NCBI RefSeq assembly: GCF_001194135.2
Contig: NC_068994.1
Span: forward strand, 58,977,421-59,041,420
Direction of reading: 5' to 3'
From: Octopus bimaculoides
Lineage: Eukaryota
Length of the DNA stretch: 64,000 nt
A program made the position numbers and the translations under genes. Each line of letters opens with the position of its first letter. Positions within the stretch are counted from its first letter, which is position 1. Shown in pieces: positions 1-10,375 of this stretch. A model generated the notes under the pieces. It saw only the letters and a list, made by a program, of their open reading frames with translations, searched no databases and was not told the DNA's origin.

Positions 1-799
1 AGAGTTAATTTGTCGTTACTCCCCCTCAGCAGATCAATTCAATATTAGGGTTGACGTAATCAATATTACAGTGGGGGAGGGGGGGTCACAGTTCAATGAG
101 TAAAAATAATGGTCAATAGAAATGATCCAAGTGTATGACTGGTACTTGCTCCAAGTAAAATGGTAAAGGGGTAAATGGTTAAATCAACTCTAACAGAGAG
201 AATTAAATACAATAAAACCGGTTTCAAATCTTGGCACAAGACCAGCTGCTTTGGGGGGGGGGAGTTGGTTGACTGGTATTTATTGACCCTGAAAGGAAAA
301 AAGGCAAAGTCAGCCTTGGCAGAATTTGAACTCAGAACCTAAAGACACGAAATACTGCAAAGCATTTTGCCCAGCATGCTAACAATTCTGCCATTTTTTT
401 GATTTCATGATAATAATAATTATAATAATATTACAACCAGCACAACAACCACAACCAGCAGCACTATCGCCAACACCATGAAACCCAACATTCAATGAAT
501 GAACCTCTTTGCAGTCACATGACCTACTAGAATAGTAGGTCATGTGACAACCAAACTACTCAGTATAATGAAAGGAAAGATATAATTGATAATGTACTCC
601 TAGATACACAATACCTTGGAAATGAAGATAGGATGGCCATGGTTGGAGCATCTTGGTCATAGATCTGCTAAATCAGAACAGGGCCTGAAACAACACCAGC
701 ACCATGGTGCTGGAGATGATCAAGCAATCAACACCACCACCAATGCCATAACCACTTCCATACACACATTACCATTAAAGTGTTTATGAATAAATGTAC

Positions 800-900
800 C
801 GATATGGTTGGTCTCTGTGCTATTCAATCTGTTACTGTGGTAGGCCAACACATGACGAGTCTCAGTCCAGCAGTTCAGGTCACTCTCCCACCGATCTAAT
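800..900 (-). CDS. NMNAT: NMNAT internal exon, third of those found: (T)LDRWESDLNCWTETRHVLAYHSNRLNSTETNHI
   Basis: Acceptor tttactttgtag| at 901/900, phase 2 matching the previous exon. Peptide matches the NMNAT motif VDxWESxQxxWxxTxxVLxHH. Donor ambiguous: g|gtacat (800) or g|gtaatg (773), both phase 1. Confidence 0.85.
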
Positions 901-985
901 CTACAAAGTAAATAACAAATTAAGTGAAGCTCTAATGAAGCAATGTTTTAGACATGCAAACAGATTCCAAACAGAATTTTGGGGA

Positions 986-1350
986 TTTTTATTTGTTTCT
1001 ATCATTAGACTGTGGCCATGCTGGGGCACCACAATAAAGAATTTTTTTTAGTCAAACAAATCAGCTCCAAAATTTATTTTTTTAAGCCTATCGATCTCTT
1101 TTTGATGAACCACTAGTTTACAAGGACATAAACACACCAACACCGGTTGTCAAGCAGGGAGGAGAAGGGACAAGCACAGACAAAGGTACACGGATATATG
1201 ACGGGTTTCTTTCAGTTTCCATCTACCAAATCCTCTCCCAAAGCTTTGGTCGGCCTGAGGCTATAGCAGAAGACACTTGCCTAAGGTACCATGCAGTGAG
1301 ACTGAACCTGGAACCATGTGGTTGGGAAGCATTCCTCAACCAAACTTGCC
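986..1350 (-). mobile_element. tRNA-derived SINE family A, full copy
   Basis: Reverse complement of the 17358-17756 element (tRNA-like head, accttgggcaagt core, ctccagcatggcc..gactgaaac tail). Confidence 0.8.
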
Positions 1351-2130
1351 TCAGACAATCCTCAGAGCTAACTTTTCCACAAAACTTTCAAATCTCAAAT
1401 CAATTCCAGTTGAAACTATTTTGGCAACTCAGGAAGAATTGCAACATTGAACAACAATCAGGACAACAACATCTCTTGGATTCATATTTAACAGCACAGA
1501 CTTTTGCCCTCAAAACGAAAACTCAAGCTATCATTCCATGGAACTAGTAGAGAAGATTCAAGAATTTGTACAAGGGACCAAACTTTCTCTGAAGTTCCTT
1601 GCTTACCAATATCAAACAGTTTTTGCCAGATCTACAACTACAATAAACAAAGTCAAGATCTCGTGTTGTCTCTTACATTTCTCGAAAAGTTGTTTTTAAT
1701 AAAGAATATGTTTCTTGGGCTTAAGTGGCGGTTGCACCGTAACTCTGTTCTGATGTTCCTTTTATTGACTAAAAATCAGTCTTTTGAACATGTCCCTCAC
1801 CATGAGCTTCCATAGTGATGGACAGTGGGGTGGGCAGTTCCATTACTGTTGGAACAAACAGATTTCTCTCCCTTGTTCTTGGAACTGGTGACTAAATTAG
1901 CATCTTTTACGTGTTGTTCCTGATTGTCAGATAACTATCTTCCATTTGCTTATTTCATGTCCAATGGGTTGGAGAAAACGTTATTTGAAGCAGGATTTTA
2001 CAGGTGAATGCTCTTCCCCTTGCCAACCAATACCTGCTTTTCAAGTAAGGGATATATCGTTCCAGACGTTTTCAAAAGTATGGACTGACCAGCCACTCAT
2101 AAGGGATGTCAACACTTCCAGTCTTTCATG
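1350..2130 (-). mobile_element. Decayed RTE (BovB-like) LINE RT fragment
   Basis: Broken minus-strand frames give KQLFEKCKRQ..VVDLAKLFD, resembling RTE RQLQEKCREQ..FIDLTKAFD; many stops and frameshifts. Confidence 0.6.
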
Positions 2131-2282
2131 ATGAATGAAGAATACATTTATGCACACACACAGAGTTCAGGGGTCTCACATGAATATTAATAATGTTCAG
2201 TAAAAGGGAGCTAAAATTCTGCCCTCAAGCTCTATGTCTAAGAAGAAAAGTTACAAAGTGAAGCAAGAAGAGGTCAACTTAC

Positions 2283-2350
2283 GTGATCCAATCAGAACTC
2301 TCTAAAGATTTCTCCACCATTTTACATCGATGATATGAGCTGATCAAGTC
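2283..2350 (-). CDS. NMNAT: NMNAT internal exon (68 nt): DLISSYHRCKMVEKSLESSDWI(T)
   Basis: ttcttcag| acceptor and |gtaagt donor; phase 0 in, phase 2 out. Matches NMNAT (G/D)LxxxxHRxxMxxLAxxxSDWI. Confidence 0.92.
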
Positions 2351-3264
2351 CTGAAGAACATTTAACAATCACTTTTCATGTGTCTAACTACATACTTATA
2401 TACATACATAGCTAGCTTCTTATTTCTCTACCTCTTCTCTCATTCAACCTTTAAATCTCTTCCACCATGATGTGAATTACCATCTGCCAATCTTCTTCTG
2501 ACAAAGGAAGCCGTTATTACGGTAATGTTTCTATGCAGCAATCAACTGGTTGCATGTCCATGACTTTTTGCACATTCCATCTACTAATTCTGAACTTTAC
2601 AACTACTACATAATTCCAAACTCCCAGAAACAGCTGTTGAGTTTAAAAAAACTATGCATTCTTCCCTTAGTCTTCCCTATTCTTTATACTCTATGTAAAA
2701 TATATATACATATATAGATAGATACAAAGACTAGGTATTTTCAGATAAAAACACTTATGTACAAGCACATTCACATTTATATGCATTGATAAACATATAT
2801 ATATCTGTGTGTGTGTGTGTGTGTGTATTTAAATATATATCAAGCCTAATTGTATTTATCTGCTTCACTATCACTGTATAGGCTCACCTGGATTTCTCAT
2901 AAAGCCACTCTTTACTCTATGGACCTTGTCTTCAATAAAGACTATGGAGTTTAGGTTCTGATCATTTGAGCACCACTACAGGCTTCCTACATTGAGCATC
3001 CCTACGTCTCACATACTGACTACCTCGCTGTATCGACCAGACTATGTGGTGTTGTCATACACCACTGGTCACAATGTGCTTCTCCACATTCTTGTAGCAT
3101 TCAAATGATGCCAACCCTATGATGATAGGCCAACATTCCCCCCTTGATTAGAATGCCAGTCTATTGCAAAGTTACTCAATTCTGCCGAGTGAACTGAGCA
3201 ACATGAAATGAAGTGTTTTGGCTGCTGGTTTGGCTATCAAAACTACATACTGTGTGTAGGGGAT

Positions 3265-4978
3265 GCTCGAAATCTCCAGATGCGGAATGCATGACACAAC
3301 ACAGATTAGTCGTTAGTAACTTCAGAATGAAGCAGACACTGAAACGAAAAACACGGAGAAGGAAACTAAAAGATTCTGCAATTTGGAAGATATTCAGAGA
3401 AATTCTGACACATATGACTGTAGGGAGCAAGATTTAGGTAGCTGTAACATAGATAACAACTGGATATCTTTTAAATATGAAATGTGGCTGGAGCAAGGTC
3501 CTGGTGGTGGACTGATGTAGTTGATAGGGTGATAAAGACAGGCTTGGAAACCCTAGTAGTAAAGAGGTAGAAGGAAGCATTACCGCATGGCTAGAAGGAC
3601 AGGAATATTTGGCTTATGGATGAAACAGAAACGAAAAGATTTGCACATGTCCTCCAACATGAGGATCAGAAGTATGAAGTGTTCAGGATTGTGAGACAGT
3701 GTGTGTGAAGGGTTTATTTATAATGACTCACTCTCAAAATATGGAAGACAAGAAAGTGCTTTCATGAGTGGCTATTGAACATAATGAATACATGGGATAA
3801 AGAGGGGCTACTTCATGCTGACCCTACAAAGGGACCAGCATCATGGCAAAGCTATCAAGGGCATGAAGAGAGGGAAAGCTGCAGGTCCATAAGGGATAGT
3901 TGCAGAGATGCTTAATATAACCAGTTGAGCAGGATACATGATTACCACCTGGATGGTTAATCAAGTCATAGCAAATGACTGACATAATATCATTAGAAAT
4001 TGCTACAAAGGCAAAGGAGGTGCTTTCGAGAGAGGAAATTACAAAGGAATCAAACTACTGGATCAGGATTTGAAGGTCAGAGAGAGAGTTCTAGATTTGG
4101 GACAAGGGAGACTTAGAGGAGATGCAATTTTCCTAGGTATTGCAAGAGAAATACTTGGCTAAATTCCAAGCAATTTATTGACTTGGAGAAAGTGTTTGAC
4201 AGGGTACCACATACAGGAATCTGGTGGTCACAAAGGAAACTAGACATTGACAAATTTAGTGTAAGGGTTAGGGTCCATCAAGGCTCAGTTCTTAGTCCCT
4301 TCCAATTCCTACAGGACATCACAGTGGGGTTTAAGACTGGTTGCCCATGGGAACTCCAATATGTTGATGACCAAGTTCTCATAGCAGAATCTTTAAAAGA
4401 AATTCTATACATGGAAGCTAAATCGAGAAGCCTTAAGGTAAACCTAGCAAAGACAAAGATTTTAGTGAGTAAGGAAAGAAAACAGGACCCTGATATACAG
4501 AAATGGAGTAAGTCTAAACCCCATATGCTGTACCAAGGTCAGCTATAGACATGCAAGAGACATAATGAAATAACAGGCAAACTAGCAGAGAATATGAGCT
4601 TCAATGTGTGATAGATGCACTGCAACAGTACATACTAGAAATACAGCAGAAAACGATTCTTGTGAATACTTGGACGATGCCTCACTAGAAGCAGTTGATA
4701 GCTTTTGTTATCTTAGGAGATGTCATTAGTAAAAGAGGTGACTGCTCCAAAAGTATGTTAATTATCAAAGTATGGATTGGAAAAAGTTCAAGGAATTACA
4801 ACTGCAACAAAAGTCTCTCCTCTCAGAATGAAGGGCAGATTGCACGATGCTTGTGTTAGAACTGTAATGCTGCAGGGTAGTGAGATGTGGACCTTGAATG
4901 CAGAGGAATTTAGGGGTCTGGAAAGGAATGAAGCAAGCATACTCCATTAGGTGTGCAATGTGAGTGAGCATGAATGAC
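3265..4978 (+). mobile_element. Decayed RTE-clade LINE (linker + RT), antisense within an NMNAT intron
   Basis: DLEKVFDRVP, VHQGSVLSP, GCPWELQYVDD, VNLAKTKILVS and VDSFCYL motifs across frameshifts. Confidence 0.85.
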
Positions 4979-5042
4979 AACATCAGACATAAACTTCGTC
5001 AGAAATGAAAACAACAAAAATATCAATTACAGAAGGAATTAC

Positions 5043-5131
5043 CTTTTTGCCATAATTATCGTTTACTGGAGAGACAATCCCACCAATCACATTGTACCGA
5101 CCATTTCTTTGCAAATTATCACGAGCAAGTT
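5043..5131 (-). CDS. NMNAT: NMNAT internal exon (89 nt): (E)LARDNLQRNGRYNVIGGIVSPVNDNYGKK
   Basis: ttttctttacag| acceptor and aag|gtaatt donor; phase 1 in, phase 0 out. Matches NMNAT ELARDxLxxTGxYxVIxGIxSPVxDxYGKK. Confidence 0.93.
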
Positions 5132-6299
5132 CTGTAAAGAAAATAAACTTACAGCTGCAGGAATGGTTGTGTAGTTTCAAAAGTTGTGTGGTTTGGCTGG
5201 TAAGGCCTGGGATTGCACCAGGTGCCATTCTTGTGCTTTCTACGGCTGGATGGCCTTCCTAACACCAACCACTTTACAGAACGTACTAGGTGCTTTTTTT
5301 TATGTGGCACCATATATAAAGAGCAAAGACCCACTTCAGTCACGAAGGACCATTGGATTGCACATAGAAGTTCCCCTCCAAGACAAGTCTGAGCAATGTT
5401 GTTTGTGGAAAAATTTTAAGAATTAAAAAAAAAAAAGTGTTTGTAGAAATAATGGTTCTTCTGTACTAAGAAGAGAGTGTACTTTTCAGAGATTAAGTCT
5501 CTAAAAAGCAACACAGTTGATTCCATCTTTAAAATTTCAGCAAAGTGGAAGCACACCATCAAAGAAGGAGAATAGTTTATCTCCAACCTAAAAATGTTAT
5601 GGTGAGATTTTGATTGCATTTCTGGTTAAATTCCGACAAGGTCTTGTACCAAAACATCATTTGGTGATTATTTTTTTTAGAGAAATTGAGGACAGTACAC
5701 CAGATAGCTTTCTAATATTTTATTTGGAAAATAAAATGTGGTTCATTTGTGCAGGTGTCGATGCCCCTGCACAGATGTGCAAAACATACGTCTTTCAATA
5801 AATCTATCTTTCTTCAAAAGCATTCCATGACTTTTTAACATTTTGGCATTTAATATGGTTATATCTGGCATTTTTCAATGTAACGGTAAATAAATATTTC
5901 CTTAAAACTTCATGCATTGTCCATCTTTCACATCCTACAACATGCCGTTATAACAAATTTTTATCGTTACAACTGCTGACTCCGACATTTCATATTATTG
6001 CGTACCCAATCAATCATACCCGTTACAATTGATAACTACACTAATTAAAACCTAACCGTTACACACACACACACGCGATGATCTTTCAGAGAAAGTCTAT
6101 TGAAACTGAAAGTATTTATTCCGTAATTTCCATAAAATATTTTTTGTTTCTTTAATTTTTGCTTCCAGTGAATCAGTTACGTTTATGTACTTTTCGTGTA
6201 TGCATTCTACCCACACACAAATAAACATACAAACACACACATGCATACATACAAGAAAAATACAAAAACATAAGCGATTCAGCTGAAAGTAAAATTAAA

Positions 6300-6388
6300 G
6301 AAAAAATTTTGGTACTACTTAAATACAGAGGTCCCTAAAAAGTAACCCTACCCCTACCTCTGTATTTAAGTAGTGCCAAAATTTTTTC
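6300..6388. repeat. 33-bp inverted repeat with a 23-nt loop
   Basis: gaaaaaattttggtactacttaaatacagaggt (6300-6332) pairs with 6356-6388; single G:T mismatch. Confidence 0.95.
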
Positions 6389-6679
6389 ACGGAATTTGTC
6401 GAACAAATACTTTCAATTTTGATAGACTTCCTCCGAAAGCTCACCTGTATATATGTCTGTACATGTACACACACACACACATGTGTATATATATATATAT
6501 ACACACACACATACATACAGAGGGATACACATATACACATTCCCCCTCTATGTTGGCCCCTTGTGGGCAATAAAAAAAATCACACATACATCCAGAGGGA
6601 GAGTATAGAAGGAATAAGTTATCCTGGCAGATACCGTACTATCTCACAAATTGGTATAGATACCGGCTATCCACAACAG

Positions 6680-7246
6680 CGAAAAAACGGGTGGTCCAGT
6701 CGTCTTGAAGTAATGGAGGGTGGAATGCGCGGGCTTCGCTGGTTTGAAAGTAATGTCCACCAGCTCCGGAAAAGACGCTAAGAGAGAATGAAAAGCGTCC
6801 CCAGCAGTGGCAATAAAAAATGCTGAGCTAAGAGGGGAATTGGTAGAGCTCCTTGCCGGCGTGGAAAGGGATGTCGAGTCGTCGACAAGCCTCCGACGTC
6901 GGACATCTACCAACAACTGGAAGTGATTTAAGAAATCCACACCTAAAATAGGATACGGAATGTCAGCTATGACAAAAACCCATTGAAAGTCTCTACAAAG
7001 ACCGATGTCTAGGCATAGAGAAAGCTGACCAAAAGTAGGAATCGGGGACGAGTCAACAGCATGCAAAACAATCGCCGAGTGGCGAGGTTTGTCTACAGTA
7101 AGGCGAAGTGGCCAAATGCTACAACAGGAGCCAGTGTCAACCATGAAGAATTCCTTTGACACCTGGTCCTGAATGAATATTGCACGATTGAAAGTTGGTT
7201 GAGTGGAGGAAAGTGATGTGCTCATTTTCCCCTTTACGCGTTTCCC
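6680..7246 (-). pseudogene. pol: pol fragment: aspartic protease and the first residues of RT
   Basis: FMVDTGSCCSIWP (DTG at 7130-7138), ADIPYPILGVDFLNHFQLLVD, HYFKTTGPPVFS; entered by -1 slip at GGGAAAC (7240-7246). Confidence 0.88.
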
Positions 7247-7984
7247 GGTTGTTTGAAAGAACAAGGCTGAATACATCTTCGCGCCTTGTGTGAGAAGGTC
7301 TCATGGTACCAGCACATACCATTTTTAGGTCTGTTGGTTCCCCGATTTCGAGAAGTACTGCGAGAACGTGAGCTGCTCCGAGACTTCGAGCGGCAGAGGT
7401 TGTCTGCGCGACGTGTGAGATTATCGATCCTGCGAAGCATGTCATCGTTGGACACAAAAGACGACTGCCGTGGAGCATCTGTGGAGGACTCAGTACACTG
7501 CCAAACAGCGCGAGAAGGGTTTCCCGAGTATTCGAGGACTATCGGCCATTGTGGCCACTTGGTCCACAGTGTTTGACTCAAATGCCGTCGCTAGAATGGT
7601 TTGAACGTGCAACGGCAGACGAGAAAAAAATATCTTGCGGAGAAGTGGGGCATCTGTTGATTCTCCGCTCAGATCTCGTAAAAGTGTTAGAAATTCCGTG
7701 GGAGTCCTGTCCCCGAGCTGTTCGTCTGCCATCAGCTCATTGAATCGGCTGGTGGCAGACCTGGTGGTCCTGTGTAGGATCTTGTTTTTCACCTCGTCAT
7801 ATGTGGCGTCGTCTTTTGGAGATGTGAGTAAGTCTTTAGACACTTTTGTAAGCGATGGAGGCAGATTGCAATAAAGCAACTTTAACCTCTTGGATGGCGA
7901 GATGTCATAGGTTTGAAAATAGGCCTCCAATTGTGCGAAATAGATATCGGTATCACCAATGAATGTGGGTAAACCATGCGACAT
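7234..7984 (-). pseudogene. gag: Gag of the Gypsy element with a frameshift at ~7540
   Basis: MSHGLPTF..YFAQLEAYF..LGDRTPTEFL..LRKIFFSRLP; frameshift in AD|VLEYS; RS-rich tract; CWYHETFSHKARRCIQPC (CHCC box, 7261-7314). Confidence 0.88.
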
Positions 7985-8563
7985 TTTTGTTGGGATGACT
8001 CCGTCGAGGTAGGAAAAAGGAATGGAAAGAAACAATGAAAAACGAAGTCGTATGAAATATACGAGAGGCCAAAAAGAAAAGACACAATATTTCCCGTGTT
8101 TTGTAAGTTACAGTGTGCACAAGAGAGAGAGAAAAAAAAATTTGTCAAAATTTTGTTTTGTTTTTTTCTCGTGAGGGGTGTTGCTTTGTACTGTCTGTAG
8201 AAAAAAAAAATATTGTTGACCAACCTTACGTCGTTGCTGCAAGGCAAAAAATTTTTTTTAATGTATGTGCGTGTGTGTAGTATTTTTTTCTTTTTTTTTT
8301 GTAAGACAATAGATGGAAGCAACGTAGTTTGTTTTTCTTTCAAGCCACGTGGAGTCAGACGAAAAGAGAAGTCACTGTTCGCTCATTTGTTCTTTCCTCA
8401 GCCTCTGTTGGTGTTGAAAGAAACACGCGGGTGAGAGTTATAGGCGGCGGCTCGTGTCATAGTAGTTGCTGGTTCAGTTTCCAGGCTGTATGGTATTTTT
8501 CTCCGGGGTAATTAAAACTGTTGTATTTGTTCCATTTCCTCGTCTCTCGTGTTTTTTTTGTAG

Positions 8564-8584
8564 AAATCACGTCGGGGGTCACCA
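8564..8584 (-). promoter_or_regulatory. Primer-binding site complementary to the tRNA-Trp 3' end
   Basis: Minus strand TGGTGACCCCCGACGTGATTT versus the canonical tRNA-Trp PBS TGGTGACCCCGACGTGAT (one extra C). Confidence 0.9.
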
Positions 8585-8586
8585 GT

Positions 8587-8975
8587 TATAAGAATTGGAT
8601 GAGATATAACGGCTCGGCCGTCTCTCCCCAGTTCTTATATTAATCATTAAATCCAGAAATACAACAACATGAGGGATAACGGTAACAACAGATCAATAGC
8701 TTATTCTAGGTTGGTGTAGAGCCGTTTCGTTCCTGGGTGAATAGGCATGCCGCTAGAATACCAAAGGAAGCTTCGACCACATGTCGGGGTTGAGTTGGGA
8801 CAGCCTGAAAGAACGTCCTGTCGCCATGGATGCTGGATGGATAAGAGAGCGAACGCTATTGCTTTTTCGCCACTTGTTGCATTGCACATGCGTGCTCGGG
8901 TACTTCCGCTGACGGCAAATCCATTGCACATGCGCAATGGCACTTCCCAAGATGGCGGCCACACGCACCACTACA
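8587..8975 (-). mobile_element. 5' LTR of the Gypsy element
   Basis: Begins TGTAGTGG (8975) and ends ..CTTATA 2 nt before the PBS; the flank beyond 8975 resembles a SINE B-box fragment. Outer boundary cannot be confirmed without a second LTR. Confidence 0.6.
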
Positions 8976-10140
8976 AGTTGATCTCAGTGGATTTGAACTT
9001 TGGGCGCAGAGAATCGGAACATACGTTCCGATGTCCACAGGACATCTTTGGATTATTTCGTATTACAACAATAAAGACAAATATAAAATATATTCTCGTA
9101 AGCAGAATAGATACAGAAACAACATACGTTTCGCCCGTTAAATTCCGGTTTTTCATTATACTCTTATTTTTTTCTAATTTTACTTTCGTTTTAAATAATT
9201 GTAAATAATATATAAAATAACAAAGCATTTTCTTACNNNNNNNNNNNNNNNNNNNNNNNNNNNNNNNNNNNNNNNNNNNNNNNNNNNNNNNNNNNNNNNN
9301 NNNNNNNNNNNNNNNNNNNNNNNNNNNNNNNNNNNNNNNNNNNNNNNNNNNNNNNNNNNNNNNNNNNNNNNNNNNNNNNNNNNNNNNNNNNNNNNNNNNN
9401 NNNNNNNNNNNNNNNNNNNNNNNNNNNNNNNNNNNNNNNNNNNNNNNNNNNNNNNNNNNNNNNNNNNNNNNNNNNNNNNNNNNNNNNNNNNNNNNNNNNN
9501 NNNNNNNNNNNNNNNNNNNNNNNNNNNNNNNNNNNNNNNNNNNNNNNNNNNNNNNNNNNNNNNNNNNNNNNNNNNNNNNNNNNNNNNNNNNNNNNNNNNN
9601 NNNNNNNNNNNNNNNNNNNNNNNNNNNNNNNNNNNNNNNNNNNNNNNNNNNNNNNNNNNNNNNNNNNNNNNNNNNNNNNNNNNNNNNNNNNNNNNNNNNN
9701 NNNNNNNNNNNNNNNNNNNNNNNNNNNNNNNNNNNNNNNNNNNNNNNNNNNNNNNNNNNNNNNNNNNNNNNNNNNNNNNNNNNNNNNNNNNNNNNNNNNN
9801 NNNNNNNNNNNNNNNNNNNNNNNNNNNNNNNNNNNNNNNNNNNNNNNNNNNNNNNNNNNNNNNNNNNNNNNNNNNNNNNNNNNNNNNNNNNNNNNNNNNN
9901 NNNNNNNNNNNNNNNNNNNNNNNNNNNNNNNNNNNNNNNNNNNNNNNNNNNNNNNNNNNNNNNNNNNNNNNNNNNNNNNNNNNNNNNNNNNNNNNNNNNN
10001 NNNNNNNNNNNNNNNNNNNNNNNNNNNNNNNNNNNNNNNNNNNNNNNNNNNNNNNNNNNNNNNNNNNNNNNNNNNNNNNNNNNNNNNNNNNNNNNNNNNN
10101 NNNNNNNNNNNNNNNNNNNNNNNNNNNNNNNNNNNNNNNN

Positions 10141-10191
<51 letters not shown>

Positions 10192-10224
10192 TATGTTATG
10201 AGCGAAAGTGGTGTCAATTAGACA

Positions 10225-10375
10225 GTGAGTAAGTGCTGTGCATAGACCATAGATATCCAGGAAGATGCGGGATAAAGTGGTGCAGACTTACCTCAAGATG
10301 TTGAGCTTTAGGGAGGAAAAAACAAAGGACCGAGATAAATGGCGATTTGCTGTGCTTCAACAAAAATGGGTTCCT
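10225..10375 (+). mobile_element. RTE LINE 3' end fragment
   Basis: DKVVQTYLKMLSFREEKTKDRDKWRFAVL resembles the RTE C-terminus seen at 49395 and 62345. Confidence 0.6.

Larger units (their letters stand above)
6680..8975 (-). mobile_element. 3'-truncated Ty3/Gypsy LTR retrotransposon, CsRn1-like clade, inside an NMNAT intron
   Basis: LTR, PBS, gag and protease in order. The pol frame stops being recognisable just after TTGPPVFS (start of RT); no RT core, RNase H, integrase or 3' LTR. Confidence 0.9.

Noticed and set aside
5640-5712. KAIWCTVLNFSKKNNHQMMF as the missing NMNAT motif exon
   Set aside because: Lacks GSFNP, spacing is wrong and the donor would be phase 2, not the required phase 1.
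8587-9237. Longer LTR ending at TTCTTAC(n) 9236, an apparent inverted match to TATAAGAA
   Set aside because: A TGTAGTGG start at 8975 with SINE-like flank fits better, and the 9231-9236 motif is equally explained as a splice donor. Not fully excluded.
8971-10217. Long track ORFs made of X residues (also 51255-51633, 55896-56597 and others)
   Set aside because: Artefacts of N gaps read through as open codons.
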